Assembly: GCA_025055295.1 (NCBI GenBank)
Contig: JANWWW010000001.1
Location: forward strand, 1,513-65,512
Origin: Deltaproteobacteria bacterium
GTDB taxonomy: Bacteria > Bdellovibrionota_C > UBA2361 > JANWWW01
Direction of reading: 5' to 3'
Length of the DNA stretch: 64,000 bases
Below, piece after piece: positions 30,409 to 40,382 of this stretch. The translations under genes were made by a program, and so were the position numbers. Numbering within the stretch: the stretch's first letter is position 1; each line of letters starts with the position of its first letter. The notes beneath the pieces were generated by a model. It made no database searches. It was not told where the DNA came from and was given only the letters and a program-made list of their open reading frames with translations.

Positions 30409-31026
30409 CTAATTTTTTAAAACTGATATTTTTTCCCCCGGCTCTAAATTGAAGGTAACACCCTTAGCATCTACCAAAATTAAATTGCTGTCTGGTAGTG
30501 TAAACTTGGAGGCAGAGATAGTGTAGCCTTCCTCCGTGTAAATTTCAAAAGACTCTAAGGCTCCTTTAAGGAAACGATATTTTGAATTTTTTTCAGGAAT
30601 TGGAAGGCCTCTTTCAATAAAGTATTCATCCGACGCAACCCATATAGGATCAAAACTTACATATTTAACCGTTAACTCCTCGAGTTCCAAGGGAGGAAGT
30701 TTTTTAATGGGAAAACAGTTTCCTCGCAAACACATCGAGCTTCGATTAATATAATTTTTCACGCCTGAAACATAAAAACTTGGGTAGTTTTTAATACCAA
30801 AATTACCGTCTTCCGGTTGTTTTTCAACTTTTTGCAAGGTTTCTAAATCATAAACAAATGATTTTTTCGTATCAGCTTCCAAAAAAATCGTGTCAACACT
30901 ACTTTCCTTTTGTATTCCTTTCTCCGCAAACTTTGAGGCACAACCTACCAGAAAAATAGCCATAAAGAGAGCAACTAATTTTTTTGCCTTCTTAATCAAC
31001 CCTCCTTTGACCTGGTTTTTTGACAT
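30409..31026 (-). CDS. Lipoprotein (205 aa)
   Basis: It has an N-terminal signal with a lipobox ('FLVGCASK'). Confidence 0.45.
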   Translation of the reverse strand: MSKNQVKGGLIKKAKKLVALFMAIFLVGCASKFAEKGIQKESSVDTIFLEADTKKSFVYDLETLQKVEKQPEDGNFGIKNYPSFYVSGVKNYINRSSMCLRGNCFPIKKLPPLELEELTVKYVSFDPIWVASDEYFIERGLPIPEKNSKYRFLKGALESFEIYTEEGYTISASKFTLPDSNLILVDAKGVTFNLEPGEKISVLKN

Positions 31027-31038
31027 TTAGACCTAATG

Positions 31039-32301
31039 TTAATTGCAACTCTTTGCCCAGTTCAATAGGTTTTTAGCGTAATCCTCATTAAGGTACAGTG
31101 GAACATAAGTTTGCGTGCAAAGCACATTTTTTACCGGAAAATAAAAATCGACTAATGGATCTGGTGACTCTAATTCCAACGAGTAGTACGCACCAGCAAA
31201 ACTTTCCCCATCACAAAAACTGAAATGGTTTAGGTTGAAACCTCTAAGTTGAGACCTAAAAAAATCAATTTTTCCCGAAGGGGCAAAGTCTATAATTGAT
31301 CCTGTCGAAAATGAAAAGTTGAGCGAAAAATTTAAAATATTCCCACCGTTAGCCTTTTTGTTGCCAAACTTTAATGCTGACGCCAGCAAGCCACAAGAAA
31401 GTCCTTCGATAATGACAGGTTTGCCGGAAAACACATACTCCCTCATTGACTGAACAAACTTCTGTGTTTGAGACGCTAGGGTCAAAACCTCCAAAAAATT
31501 ACTGCCTGTGATCCATATTAGGTCCGCATCTTTTGGTATGGATCCCTGAATTGTAGGAGAAAATGTTTTGACCGAATGTCCAAGAAGATTTAGGTAAAGC
31601 GCATTTTCCTTGAAAGTAAAGTTAAAAAACGAGTCTTCTGAAAAATAAATCGTCAATCTGGATTGACTTTTCCCCGCGAAAGGGACTGTGTCCGGAACAT
31701 CAATCAAGGATTTTAAATCACCAATTTTGCCATTCGAACCACTGACAGCGCTCTGGGTTAATTTCTGAATAACAGCATAGTCAAATTTGGGAATGTGATA
31801 TTCCGTATAACCAAAATCCGGAATAATTGGCTCATATCCCTCTATCATAATCATTTTGTCGTCATTGTCCAAAGCATGACTGAACGTAAAACAAAAATTT
31901 AAAGCTCCTGATTGAATCAGTTGTTGGAGACAAAATTTTTCCAACTCTGTTACCGATGAGCCATCTATCGATCCTACGAGAAACAAGCTCTTACTTAGAG
32001 CTTCCTCGATCCAAAACGAGATATCTCTGCTCGGGAACAACACAATAACTGCCTCAGAGCCCCGAGACGCTAAATAGAGAGCTTTTTGTTGGTTTTTTCT
32101 AAAAGACATCGCATCAACGGTTACAGTGTTAAACCCTGTTAATAAATTAATTATTGACCCTATAAATGGCGAGTCAGAAACCACTAGAACAGAGGGATTG
32201 ATGTTTCTCGCTTCAAGAATTTTCGATATGCAAAAAACGGAAAAAATTTTTAAATTCACAGATTCCTGAAAGGGGAAAACCCCTACCCCAAGCAATTTCA
32301 T
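31039..32301 (-). CDS. Hypothetical protein (420 aa)
   Basis: It is an ORF in an operon with the lipoprotein. No clear motif was found. Confidence 0.4.
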   Translation of the reverse strand: MKLLGVGVFPFQESVNLKIFSVFCISKILEARNINPSVLVVSDSPFIGSIINLLTGFNTVTVDAMSFRKNQQKALYLASRGSEAVIVLFPSRDISFWIEEALSKSLFLVGSIDGSSVTELEKFCLQQLIQSGALNFCFTFSHALDNDDKMIMIEGYEPIIPDFGYTEYHIPKFDYAVIQKLTQSAVSGSNGKIGDLKSLIDVPDTVPFAGKSQSRLTIYFSEDSFFNFTFKENALYLNLLGHSVKTFSPTIQGSIPKDADLIWITGSNFLEVLTLASQTQKFVQSMREYVFSGKPVIIEGLSCGLLASALKFGNKKANGGNILNFSLNFSFSTGSIIDFAPSGKIDFFRSQLRGFNLNHFSFCDGESFAGAYYSLELESPDPLVDFYFPVKNVLCTQTYVPLYLNEDYAKNLLNWAKSCN

Positions 32302-32348
32302 GCTAAAGCTTTCTCGCGATGATTTGGTCTACAGGCGGATTAAAACGG

Positions 32349-33443
32349 TTAATCCGCGATTTTCTTAAAGAATAATGCAGAAATACCTTGGACACTAGAA
32401 ATATTTTTACCAATTGCTGTTTTAGGTGCCAGAAAGGTAACGCTTCTGACAAGCTGGGCTCTTGAGGCAAATACTGTTGAACCAAGTTCTAGTGCGTTTT
32501 CATATTCTGATGTATCCGATAATACACATATCACGCCGTTTGAGAAAGTCAAACTTTGAGCCAATATCAAGCAGTTTTCCGAGTACTCACTGTTTTTGAT
32601 ACCATCCCAAAAACGGTATTGACTGGAGATTGGGGTTTCATACCACCAAGACCTTAACCACTGCATAGAAGGCGCCGAAAGGGGATTTTTGACGAGATTG
32701 ACAAATACGAAAGGATACTTTTTTTCGTCGCTAATTGATACTAAACTTGCCTGATAAACCCCTTTGAACCAATTATTACGTAATGAACAAAGCTGTGATA
32801 TCTTCCTTAAGACCCGAGCGACCACATCGCGGTCCTGCGGGTAAGCTTTGTGTGACGATACAAAGGTAAGCTGTTCCTGCCACGAACGCGAATACCCGGA
32901 CGGTGAGGGAGCTGATAAATACGCCGACCCATCTCCATGTAAAATCAATGCAGTTGCATATTTCAAAAAACTGCCAAGTCTAGACGGCAACGCTCCAATA
33001 AATGAACGAAAATTTACAAGATCCGCAAAGGTTTGAGCAGTATAAAATGGCTTAAAAACCTCCTGAAAGTCTTTAAGAGAGACAAGTTTAAATGAGTAGT
33101 TCTGCAAGGTTAAAACGGAAACGGGCAAATCCGGTTCTTCAATCAATCCTTGATTAAACTTGAACCACAGTTCGCATGACGCCAGCGCAATACATGGTAT
33201 ACCAAATTTTCCCGCCAAAAGCAGAAAAGCACTACCGTTCGAATTTACCTCAACAACAGGGAACGGTCCTTTAAAAGGAAACATTTTAAGCAGTCGCAAA
33301 TACATTGCAGGTCGCACCGGCGGATTAAAAGCCAAAGTTGAAAGCCATTCACCTGAGATATCTTCCATCGTCAGCTGGATCTCAAGGCGTTCATTCGATG
33401 AGAGACCGGTTTTTGGTCCAAAAAGAGGGATAACTTTAGCCAT
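32349..33443 (-). CDS. Hypothetical protein (364 aa)
   Basis: It is the first gene of a three-gene minus-strand operon. No clear motif was found. Confidence 0.4.
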   Translation of the reverse strand: MAKVIPLFGPKTGLSSNERLEIQLTMEDISGEWLSTLAFNPPVRPAMYLRLLKMFPFKGPFPVVEVNSNGSAFLLLAGKFGIPCIALASCELWFKFNQGLIEEPDLPVSVLTLQNYSFKLVSLKDFQEVFKPFYTAQTFADLVNFRSFIGALPSRLGSFLKYATALILHGDGSAYLSAPSPSGYSRSWQEQLTFVSSHKAYPQDRDVVARVLRKISQLCSLRNNWFKGVYQASLVSISDEKKYPFVFVNLVKNPLSAPSMQWLRSWWYETPISSQYRFWDGIKNSEYSENCLILAQSLTFSNGVICVLSDTSEYENALELGSTVFASRAQLVRSVTFLAPKTAIGKNISSVQGISALFFKKIAD

Positions 33444-33457
33444 GTGACTTCCACAAT

Positions 33458-33486
33458 TTTAATTTGCCCCCATTCTTTTTCAAAGG
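33458..33486 (-). promoter_or_regulatory. Candidate sigma-70 promoter for the 33443..30409 operon
   Basis: On the minus strand the sequence reads TTGAAA, then 16 nt, then TAAAAT, about 15 nt upstream of the ATG. Confidence 0.25.
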
Positions 33487-33598
33487 CTTCTTATCAAAAA
33501 CATGATTGATAATTTATAAAAGATGTTATACCTTTGATGTCTCGATGAACGAGGGATGTGAAGATTAACAACCGCTCCAGGGCTTATCTTATAATTTT

Positions 33599-33627
33599 TT
33601 GAAATTTGCCCAAAGTGTGTTTATAAC
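33599..33627 (+). promoter_or_regulatory. Candidate sigma-70 promoter for hsp20
   Basis: TTGAAA sits at 33599-33604, followed by a 17-nt spacer and then TATAAC at 33622-33627. The RBS GGGAGG sits at 33635-33640 and the ATG at 33649. Confidence 0.35.
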
Positions 33628-33648
33628 TTAAAAACGGGAGGTAAAAAA

Positions 33649-34176
33649 ATGAGAAGATTAAGAAGCTTATTACCTTGGAGTTGGACTGAGAGAGAACAGG
33701 CAGGCTCGGCAAGGCCTGTATCCTTACTTTCTCGGTCTTTTCCAGCGTCTGCTTTGAGTTGGTTTGAGGATCAGTTGAATGAAATGAATAGGTTAATGAG
33801 GAACTTTTTTGAAACTGATGAAATAAGGGAGTTTAACTGGAGGCCTTGTTGTCAAGTTCAGGAAAACGACAATGAGTACACAATTCGGGTTGATCTCCCG
33901 GGTGTTAACGAAAAAGACCTAAAGGTTGAATTGCGGGATGACAACATCCTGCACATTTCTGCCGAACGCAGGGTTGAGCAGGAAACAAGCCCGTCATCAT
34001 CAATTCACTTTAGTGAAATAGCTTACGGCGCTTACACCAGAACTTTCACTCTACCAAATGACGCTGACGCAAAAAATATTAACGCTGAATTAAAAAACGG
34101 AGTTTTAACAATATCAATTCCAAAGTCTAAATCGCAGGTTGCAGCCAGAACCATCGAAGTTAGAAAAGCAAGTTAA
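33649..34176 (+). CDS. Small heat-shock protein (Hsp20/alpha-crystallin family)
   Basis: It has an alpha-crystallin domain ('EYTIRVDLPGVNEKDLKVEL...FTLPNDADAKNINAELKNGVLTISIPK'). Confidence 0.8.
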   Translation: MRRLRSLLPWSWTEREQAGSARPVSLLSRSFPASALSWFEDQLNEMNRLMRNFFETDEIREFNWRPCCQVQENDNEYTIRVDLPGVNEKDLKVELRDDNILHISAERRVEQETSPSSSIHFSEIAYGAYTRTFTLPNDADAKNINAELKNGVLTISIPKSKSQVAARTIEVRKAS

Positions 34177-34205
34177 TACTCGGCTAATAATATTACTTTT
34201 TTACT

Positions 34206-34237
34206 GGGCTTGACAGCTGTTGTAGGCTGTTAAGCCC
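34206..34237 (+). terminator. Stem-loop between the convergent hsp20 and HMG-CoA lyase genes
   Basis: The hairpin is GGGCTTgACAGC-tgttgtag-GCTGTtAAGCCC. It is followed by TGTTCAATTGTATTTT. Confidence 0.3.
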
Positions 34238-34386
34238 TGTTCAATTGTATTTTACAGATACTTTAAGACTTGTTCTTTTAATCTTTGGCAGACTGGAATT
34301 TGGTTGGTGACAAAGTTTTAGGCCTTGGATGTCGCTTATGCGCAACTTATGTTTCACTAAATTGCCGGTTGAAGCGCAAAGGGAAA

Positions 34387-35289
34387 TTAAACTTTAGAAG
34401 TTGTAACAATTTTTCGTGCAAGTTTTGAATGTATTTCGCCCTCAAACAACTTTGAAACCTCTTGAATGATAGGCAACAAGTCATCCAAAGTTATATCAAC
34501 TTTGTATCCCGACTCTTGTAATGCTAAAACGAGTTCCTCGGTTGCTACATTTCCTGCAGCCCCATGGACGAAAGGGCATCCCCCGAGGCCACAAATTGAA
34601 GATTCGAATATTTCAACACCCAGGTTTGCTCCTTCTATAGCGTTAAGGATCCCAAGGCCATGTGTGTCGTGCAAATGAAGCGATACCGCTCTGGAATACC
34701 TCTGAACTGCGGGAACAAACTGACGGACCTTGCGAGGCGTTGCAATTCCCAAAGTGTCAGCTAGACAAATTTCATCAACAGGCATCGACAGCTCACCGAA
34801 GATGTTATCGAGCCGGCCTAGGAGTTCGTCAAGCGACGCTGAAGTTTTATAACCAAAAGCGCAGGACACCATGATTTTACAGCTTTCAAAATTGTTCGCC
34901 TTAAAAACTTTTTGAATTTCAACAAAGAAATCTTTTTCCGAATTAAATGAACGCCCGACATTAGTGCTTAAAAATAACTCATCCAAAGCAGTATGTATCC
35001 ATGGTTCCAGCCCTACTCTGAAGTTCCGTGCGATTAGAAAGCCTTTGACATTCAGATACAAAGCGGTAAACTTTTCTGCCTCAGGCCAATTTTCTATCTC
35101 TCCGAGTATTTCCTTACAATCAGCATGAGCGGGGACCAAATCTGGTCTAACTACGCTCGTTGCCTCAATCTTTAAGAAAGGGAGCGATCCTAACTTTTTC
35201 AATATTGCTAGTTTAGACTCGGTGGGAATGAGTTTTTTTGAGATTTGAACACCTTCTCTTAATCCTACTTCACGGATAGAAATTTTCAC
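34387..35289 (-). CDS. Hydroxymethylglutaryl-CoA lyase
   Basis: It has 'HLHDTHGLGILNAIEGANLGVEIFESSICGLGGCPF', which is the HMGL-like TIM-barrel signature. Confidence 0.75.
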   Translation of the reverse strand: MKISIREVGLREGVQISKKLIPTESKLAILKKLGSLPFLKIEATSVVRPDLVPAHADCKEILGEIENWPEAEKFTALYLNVKGFLIARNFRVGLEPWIHTALDELFLSTNVGRSFNSEKDFFVEIQKVFKANNFESCKIMVSCAFGYKTSASLDELLGRLDNIFGELSMPVDEICLADTLGIATPRKVRQFVPAVQRYSRAVSLHLHDTHGLGILNAIEGANLGVEIFESSICGLGGCPFVHGAAGNVATEELVLALQESGYKVDITLDDLLPIIQEVSKLFEGEIHSKLARKIVTTSKV

Positions 35290-35334
35290 GCAAAATTTGT
35301 ACCATGTTAATAAACTGCATGGTCAAAATTCAAC

Positions 35335-36492
35335 GTGGATTTTAAATCGATAAAAAAGGCTAGAAAAATTTACGCTGCGTTTAAACCCTACAAAGTCGAG
35401 CTTAGTCGTAACTTGACTGACGCTTTCGGCAGAACAATTTTTTTTAAGCCTGAGCACAGAAACCTGACTGGATCATTTAAGGAAAGAGGGGTGTTGAATA
35501 CCTTACTTAATTTAGGCAATGTCAAAGGTGTAATTACTGCTAGCGCCGGTAACCATGGACTGGCTTTGAGTTATCACGCAAAAAAAATCGGGATACCTTG
35601 CACAATTGTTTGTCCCAAGTATACGCCGGTTGCCAAACTTTCAAAAATCAAAAGTCTTGGTGTCAATGTGGAACTCTCTGGAGAAAATTTTGATGAGTCT
35701 TATCACTATGCTTTAGAGCTTCAAAAAAAAACAAAACAGATTTTTGTGCATCCATTTGATGACCCCCTTGTGATAGCTGGTCAAGGAACCATCGGACTCG
35801 AAGTTATTCAGGAACTCCCAGAGGTAAGATCCTTGATTTTGCCAATCGGAGGTGGTGGACTTGCTAGTGGCGTGTTGTTAGCCGTTAAAGAATTGAAACC
35901 TCGGGTAAAAGTATACGGCGTAAGATTAAATTTCTCACAACAAAACGAAATACATAAACCTATCAGTTTGGCTGACGGAATAGCTGTAAAAAAATTAGGG
36001 AGTTTAACGGGAAAAGTTATTGAAAATTACATAGATGACATTTTTACAGCTGACGAAGAGAGTATAGCAGAGGCAATATTAACAGCTCTTGAGATGGAAA
36101 AATTGTTACTAGAGGGAGCTGCCGCGGTGACATTGATACCGATCATAAAAAAAACGATTAAAAATACCTTATTTCCAACCTGCCTCATTTTCAGCGGATC
36201 AAATATAGATATTTCGCTGTTATCACGCTTAATTTTACGCAAACTGCGAAAGTCAAGCAAACTGACTAGATTTAGGATAGCGGTGCCAGACAAGCCAGGG
36301 ATGTTAGGACTATGTGCGTCGACTATTGGACAATGTGGAGGACAAATTATCCAGACTTACCACGATCGGCTGGATACTCCAACCCCAAACACTGTTGGTA
36401 TTACATTTCTTGTAGAAGTGCTGGATAAGGAGCATTCCAAGAGAATTGAAGAACAATTAAAAAAATTTTTCGGAATCGTTGAAAGCAGTTGA
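35335..36492 (+). CDS. Threonine dehydratase (PLP-dependent, with a C-terminal ACT-like regulatory domain)
   Basis: It has 'TGSFKERG' (the PLP lysine motif), 'SAGNHG' and 'GGGGL'. Confidence 0.8.
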   Translation: MDFKSIKKARKIYAAFKPYKVELSRNLTDAFGRTIFFKPEHRNLTGSFKERGVLNTLLNLGNVKGVITASAGNHGLALSYHAKKIGIPCTIVCPKYTPVAKLSKIKSLGVNVELSGENFDESYHYALELQKKTKQIFVHPFDDPLVIAGQGTIGLEVIQELPEVRSLILPIGGGGLASGVLLAVKELKPRVKVYGVRLNFSQQNEIHKPISLADGIAVKKLGSLTGKVIENYIDDIFTADEESIAEAILTALEMEKLLLEGAAAVTLIPIIKKTIKNTLFPTCLIFSGSNIDISLLSRLILRKLRKSSKLTRFRIAVPDKPGMLGLCASTIGQCGGQIIQTYHDRLDTPTPNTVGITFLVEVLDKEHSKRIEEQLKKFFGIVESS

Positions 36493-36495
36493 AGG

Positions 36496-37149
36496 TTAGC
36501 AGTAAACGGAACCCTGAATGAATTTTTTGGGGGTGTCCGTAAGGACATACTTTAGCCGTTTTTTCAACATCAGCCTTGCCCTGTGCAATCTGCTTTTAAT
36601 CGCTGAAACTGTGAGGCCGGTTATGTCAGCAATCTCGTCATGTGTTAAATTTTGCATATCCCCCAAAACCACAATTTGTCTGTATTGTGGAGGCAACTTT
36701 TCAACTGCCGACAAAATTATCTGTCTCAATTCCGCAAGTTCCTGACAATCTTCTGTTTTAAACTCTTTGCTTTGCTCCATGGAAATTTTAACTTCCTCAA
36801 CGCTATCCAAAGCGGAATTCAGCCGATTGACCTTATCCTTCCGCAATTTCATGAGGCTCGCGTTAAAAGTTATACGGTAAAGCCACGAACTAAAAGCAGA
36901 TTTTCCTTCGAAATCCTTTAGCTTCAAAAATACCGTCATGAAAACCTCCTGCACAACATCTTCGGCATCTTCGACTGACCTTGTGATGCGGTACGCTAGC
37001 TGTCTAACTTTATGTTTATAGCGCCTTACTAATTCTACAAAGGGTGCGTCGAGCCCCTGTAAAAAAAGTTTAATTAGTTGAGTATCCTTAAGATGCTCAA
37101 CATTTAAAGCCATCGACTTTTTGGTCTTTAAATTGTTTGTATGTTTCAT
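36496..37149 (-). CDS. ECF-type RNA polymerase sigma factor (sigma-70 regions 2 and 4)
   Basis: Region 2 is 'DAEDVVQEVFMTVFLKLKDF...SWLYRITFN'. Region 4 is 'LPPQYRQIVVLGDMQNLTHDEIADITGLTVSAIKSRLHRAR'. Confidence 0.8.
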   Translation of the reverse strand: MKHTNNLKTKKSMALNVEHLKDTQLIKLFLQGLDAPFVELVRRYKHKVRQLAYRITRSVEDAEDVVQEVFMTVFLKLKDFEGKSAFSSWLYRITFNASLMKLRKDKVNRLNSALDSVEEVKISMEQSKEFKTEDCQELAELRQIILSAVEKLPPQYRQIVVLGDMQNLTHDEIADITGLTVSAIKSRLHRARLMLKKRLKYVLTDTPKKFIQGSVYC

Positions 37150-37232
37150 TTGATTACTATTCTTTCAGACAACGGGGGTTAAATTGTTTCAAAAATGTGC
37201 TCTATTTGTAAAATTTTTGTAAAATTTCTCGT

Positions 37233-38183
37233 GTGCTATACGAACCGGAATGGGATGTTCACTGGATAGACTCGTGGAACGACGCTAAAGATGCCATCGA
37301 TGAACTTCTTTCCTGTTCAACAGTTGCCGTTGATACCGAAACCGCGGGTTGGCAGTTCGGTTCAAACAGGCTCTGCGTGGTCCAGTTTTCAGCAGAACCG
37401 ATAAAAAAAAATTACCTTTTTGATGCGCTAAACCTTTTGGAACTCGACAGTTTGTTTAAACCACTAATTGAGAATAAACAAGTTCTGAAGGTGGCGCATA
37501 ATGTGTCTTTCGAGCTAAAGGTTTTCGAGACCATTGGTCTTTCGCTTGCAAACTATGCATGCACTCTCGAAATGGCAAAACAATTAAGACCTCATTTAAG
37601 CAGCTTTAGGCTTAGCGCTTTAGCTGAACACTTTTTTTCCCGATCACTGGACAAATCCTGGCAGGTTAGCGACTGGTCTCAACGGCCACTTCTTCCTGAG
37701 CAGATCAGATATGCAGCCTCAGACGCAGAGGTAACCTATAAGATTTACAAGGTGTTGAAAAATATTGCAACGAGACTTAGATCCGCATTGACAGATGACA
37801 TAGATAGCCTACTTAGGAATTATGCGGAGGTGTGCAGGAAAAAGGAAGAGTTATTGAAGCCGATCTTTGACACTTTGTGTGATTATGATTATCTTTTGGA
37901 AGCAATAAAAGAAAAAGTACGACAGGAACTTCCAAAATATAACAACGAGTACGAGAATGAGTCTTGTTACGCTCGTCTTCAAGAAGTAAGAAAAACTGAG
38001 GTATCGATCGAGTTACTTAAAGAAAAGTATCCTGAGATAGCCGAGCTCGTAATTGAGCCCTATGTGAGAAGAGACAAATTAAAAGCGGTTTTTAAGGAGT
38101 TTAATCTTGGTCAGTCTGATCTAGACAAAGTTATAATTGACGTAGGGAAAACATACAGATTGCATTTAGAAATAAAAGATTAA
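37233..38183 (+). CDS. DEDDy 3'-5' exonuclease (RNase D-like)
   Basis: It has 'VAVDTETAG' (exo I), 'KVAHNVSFEL' (exo II) and 'YAASDAEVTYKIY' (exo III, YxxxD). Confidence 0.65.
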   Translation: MLYEPEWDVHWIDSWNDAKDAIDELLSCSTVAVDTETAGWQFGSNRLCVVQFSAEPIKKNYLFDALNLLELDSLFKPLIENKQVLKVAHNVSFELKVFETIGLSLANYACTLEMAKQLRPHLSSFRLSALAEHFFSRSLDKSWQVSDWSQRPLLPEQIRYAASDAEVTYKIYKVLKNIATRLRSALTDDIDSLLRNYAEVCRKKEELLKPIFDTLCDYDYLLEAIKEKVRQELPKYNNEYENESCYARLQEVRKTEVSIELLKEKYPEIAELVIEPYVRRDKLKAVFKEFNLGQSDLDKVIIDVGKTYRLHLEIKD

Positions 38184-38189
38184 TCAGTG

Positions 38190-38263
38190 CGGGGTGTAGC
38201 TCAGCCTGGTAGAGCGCATGGTTCGGGTCCATGAGGCCGGAGGTTCAAATCCTCTCACCCCGA
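38190..38263 (+). tRNA. tRNA-Pro (anticodon CGG)
   Basis: It is a 74-nt cloverleaf with acceptor pairs C1-G72 and G2-C71 through G7-C66. The anticodon stem is CATGG/CCATG and the loop is TTCGGGT. The T-loop is GGAGG-TTCAAAT-CCTCT. Confidence 0.85.
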
Positions 38264-38534
38264 TACAATAATTCACAAATTAAGGTATGCAGGCGGAACA
38301 CCTCTCGAAAAAATTAAAAGTATTTTCAACAGCTTACGAAGATTTTCGTGGATTTTTATTTAAAAACTTTGTTTCCTGGCCAGCTTAATTTTGTCTTAAC
38401 AAAAAACCAAAGTCTGGAGAAGCTTTTTAAAAAAAGCTAATGAGTAAAGCACGCTGTTTTTAAGCATAAGCGGGACAATTTGAGGTCTTTACGTTGAATC
38501 TTTTAATCTTTATAAAGTTGAATTACGTTAATTC

Positions 38535-40382
38535 ATGCGCATATTACTTGAAGCCTTAACACTTCTTTTTTTTATTGTGATTTACTTTTTTATTAAAAAA
38601 GCTTTCGACATCAACATTTTAAACGAGTTAATTGACTCAGCAAACCTTGATGCGGGCATTTTTGTCAACCAAATACGCTTTGTTAGAGACCTAAGTTTTA
38701 ATTTTCCTACGTGGGTTACTGCACCCGTTGGTTATCCATTGCAGTACACTTTTTTGTTTACTGATAATTTTATCTTACCGGGGACTTTATACTCGTTTTT
38801 TTTGGTTCTTGGTTTGCCCGAAGCTCTTTCAATTAACCTTACTAAGGCTTTTTTTAATGGTCTAAGCGGATACCTTGCCTATCTTTACCTTCGGCGGTCA
38901 ACAAAAAACGCATTTTTACTGGCCTCAATTTACCAAAATTGCCTTTTTATTTTTACTCAAAAGTATCAGGTTCAACTTCAGATGCATTTTCTGTTCCCAC
39001 TTTTTTTATTGGCATTACGCACCGAAAGAGAAGACCAAAACCTGATACGGGCTAGTTGGGTTGTAATGATATCTTACTTTTGCTCTGTATACTACTTCGT
39101 GTTTTTACTTGTCCTGCTTTCCATCTATTGCGCTTCCAGGATCGGGCGGATTATTTCTTTCACGAAATTAACTCTTTTTAAAATCTTAGCTCCACTGCTG
39201 TGTCTTTTACCGTTTCTCGTACCCCAAGCCATAATTTCCATCCAACTGCCAAGAAACTTGCTAGAGTTGGATCTTTACAGTTTCAGCCCTACGTATTACT
39301 TCCCTCTCGTGCCGAGCCCCCAATATGTTTACCGCGGGTTCCTAGGTTACGGCTTCACTATCATTCTCATTTTGGCGTTAATGAACGTCATCGGGCGCTT
39401 AGGGGCGTTGGCACTAATAAGTTGCTTGCTTTTAAGCGCGTGTTGGCCGTCACTAAAAGCCTTAGCAACATGGTTAATTCCATTTTTTTTCTTATTTGCG
39501 AAGGAAAACAAAGCTCTAATCTTAGGCGCCCTAACACTAATAAGTTTATCCTTTGGGCTCTTGAGCAATTCGGATGCTCTACTTGATTACGCTATAAAAA
39601 TCATCCCCCCTCTAACCGGTATCAGAGTCCCTGTCAGGTACTTTGTTGTGGGCTCAATGATACTTTTCTTGCTTGGCGCGCGGAAATTATCGGGAAAATC
39701 TGTTTTGGTCTGGCTAGCTTCCTTGCTTGCAATATTAGAGGCGTATAAACATGACACGGCAACAGGACCTATACCAAAAGCAATTGACCACCCGTCAGGA
39801 GTTGATAAAATCGCTGTGGTAGCTTTTCCAAAAATTACCCACGGTGACCGGTTGGATTTTATGGGCTACACACGCGCCAACCAAAAGCATATCCTAAGAC
39901 TGTACAACAAAAAAATTCTTCTATATCAGATTAACAGCGGTTTTGGTTCTTACAAAGTCAGAACCTTTATGAAAGAAGCTGACAATTTTCCATCCCTATC
40001 ATCTCTTCAATTCCTGAAATCCGTTGGGATCGAATACGTGTACACAACGAAACCTTTTCAGTCTAAATATCTGAAGTTGTACGAGCGGAGAGAAAAATAT
40101 TTCATTTACAGGCTGAAAGCCGTTCCATTTACGGGAAAATTTTCAGTGTTCATCCCATCATACATGAAGAAGTTTGCCATTATATGGTCGTCGGATCAGA
40201 AATGCGTGGCAAAAATTTCTTTTCCAGGATACAGTGAGTACGTTAACATAAATTCAACAACCAAAGTAAATTGGTTTACGACTCCGTTTTGGAAACGCTT
40301 CGACGTAAACCCGCTCGAAGCAATTATTGATTCATCACAATGTAAAACGGTTTACATAACAAAAATAATCTCAAAAAATTAA
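38535..40382 (+). CDS. Integral membrane protein (615 aa) with a polytopic N-terminal region and a soluble C-terminal domain
   Basis: It has multiple hydrophobic helices over roughly the first 400 aa. The C-terminal roughly 200 aa are hydrophilic. Confidence 0.45.
   Translation: MRILLEALTLLFFIVIYFFIKKAFDINILNELIDSANLDAGIFVNQIRFVRDLSFNFPTWVTAPVGYPLQYTFLFTDNFILPGTLYSFFLVLGLPEALSINLTKAFFNGLSGYLAYLYLRRSTKNAFLLASIYQNCLFIFTQKYQVQLQMHFLFPLFLLALRTEREDQNLIRASWVVMISYFCSVYYFVFLLVLLSIYCASRIGRIISFTKLTLFKILAPLLCLLPFLVPQAIISIQLPRNLLELDLYSFSPTYYFPLVPSPQYVYRGFLGYGFTIILILALMNVIGRLGALALISCLLLSACWPSLKALATWLIPFFFLFAKENKALILGALTLISLSFGLLSNSDALLDYAIKIIPPLTGIRVPVRYFVVGSMILFLLGARKLSGKSVLVWLASLLAILEAYKHDTATGPIPKAIDHPSGVDKIAVVAFPKITHGDRLDFMGYTRANQKHILRLYNKKILLYQINSGFGSYKVRTFMKEADNFPSLSSLQFLKSVGIEYVYTTKPFQSKYLKLYERREKYFIYRLKAVPFTGKFSVFIPSYMKKFAIIWSSDQKCVAKISFPGYSEYVNINSTTKVNWFTTPFWKRFDVNPLEAIIDSSQCKTVYITKIISKN

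Noticed and set aside
38370-38445. Palindrome AAGCTTTTTAAAAAAAGCTT downstream of tRNA-Pro, considered as a terminator
   Set aside because: The stem is almost pure A/T. It would be very unstable and is not followed by a distinct U-run beyond the palindrome itself.
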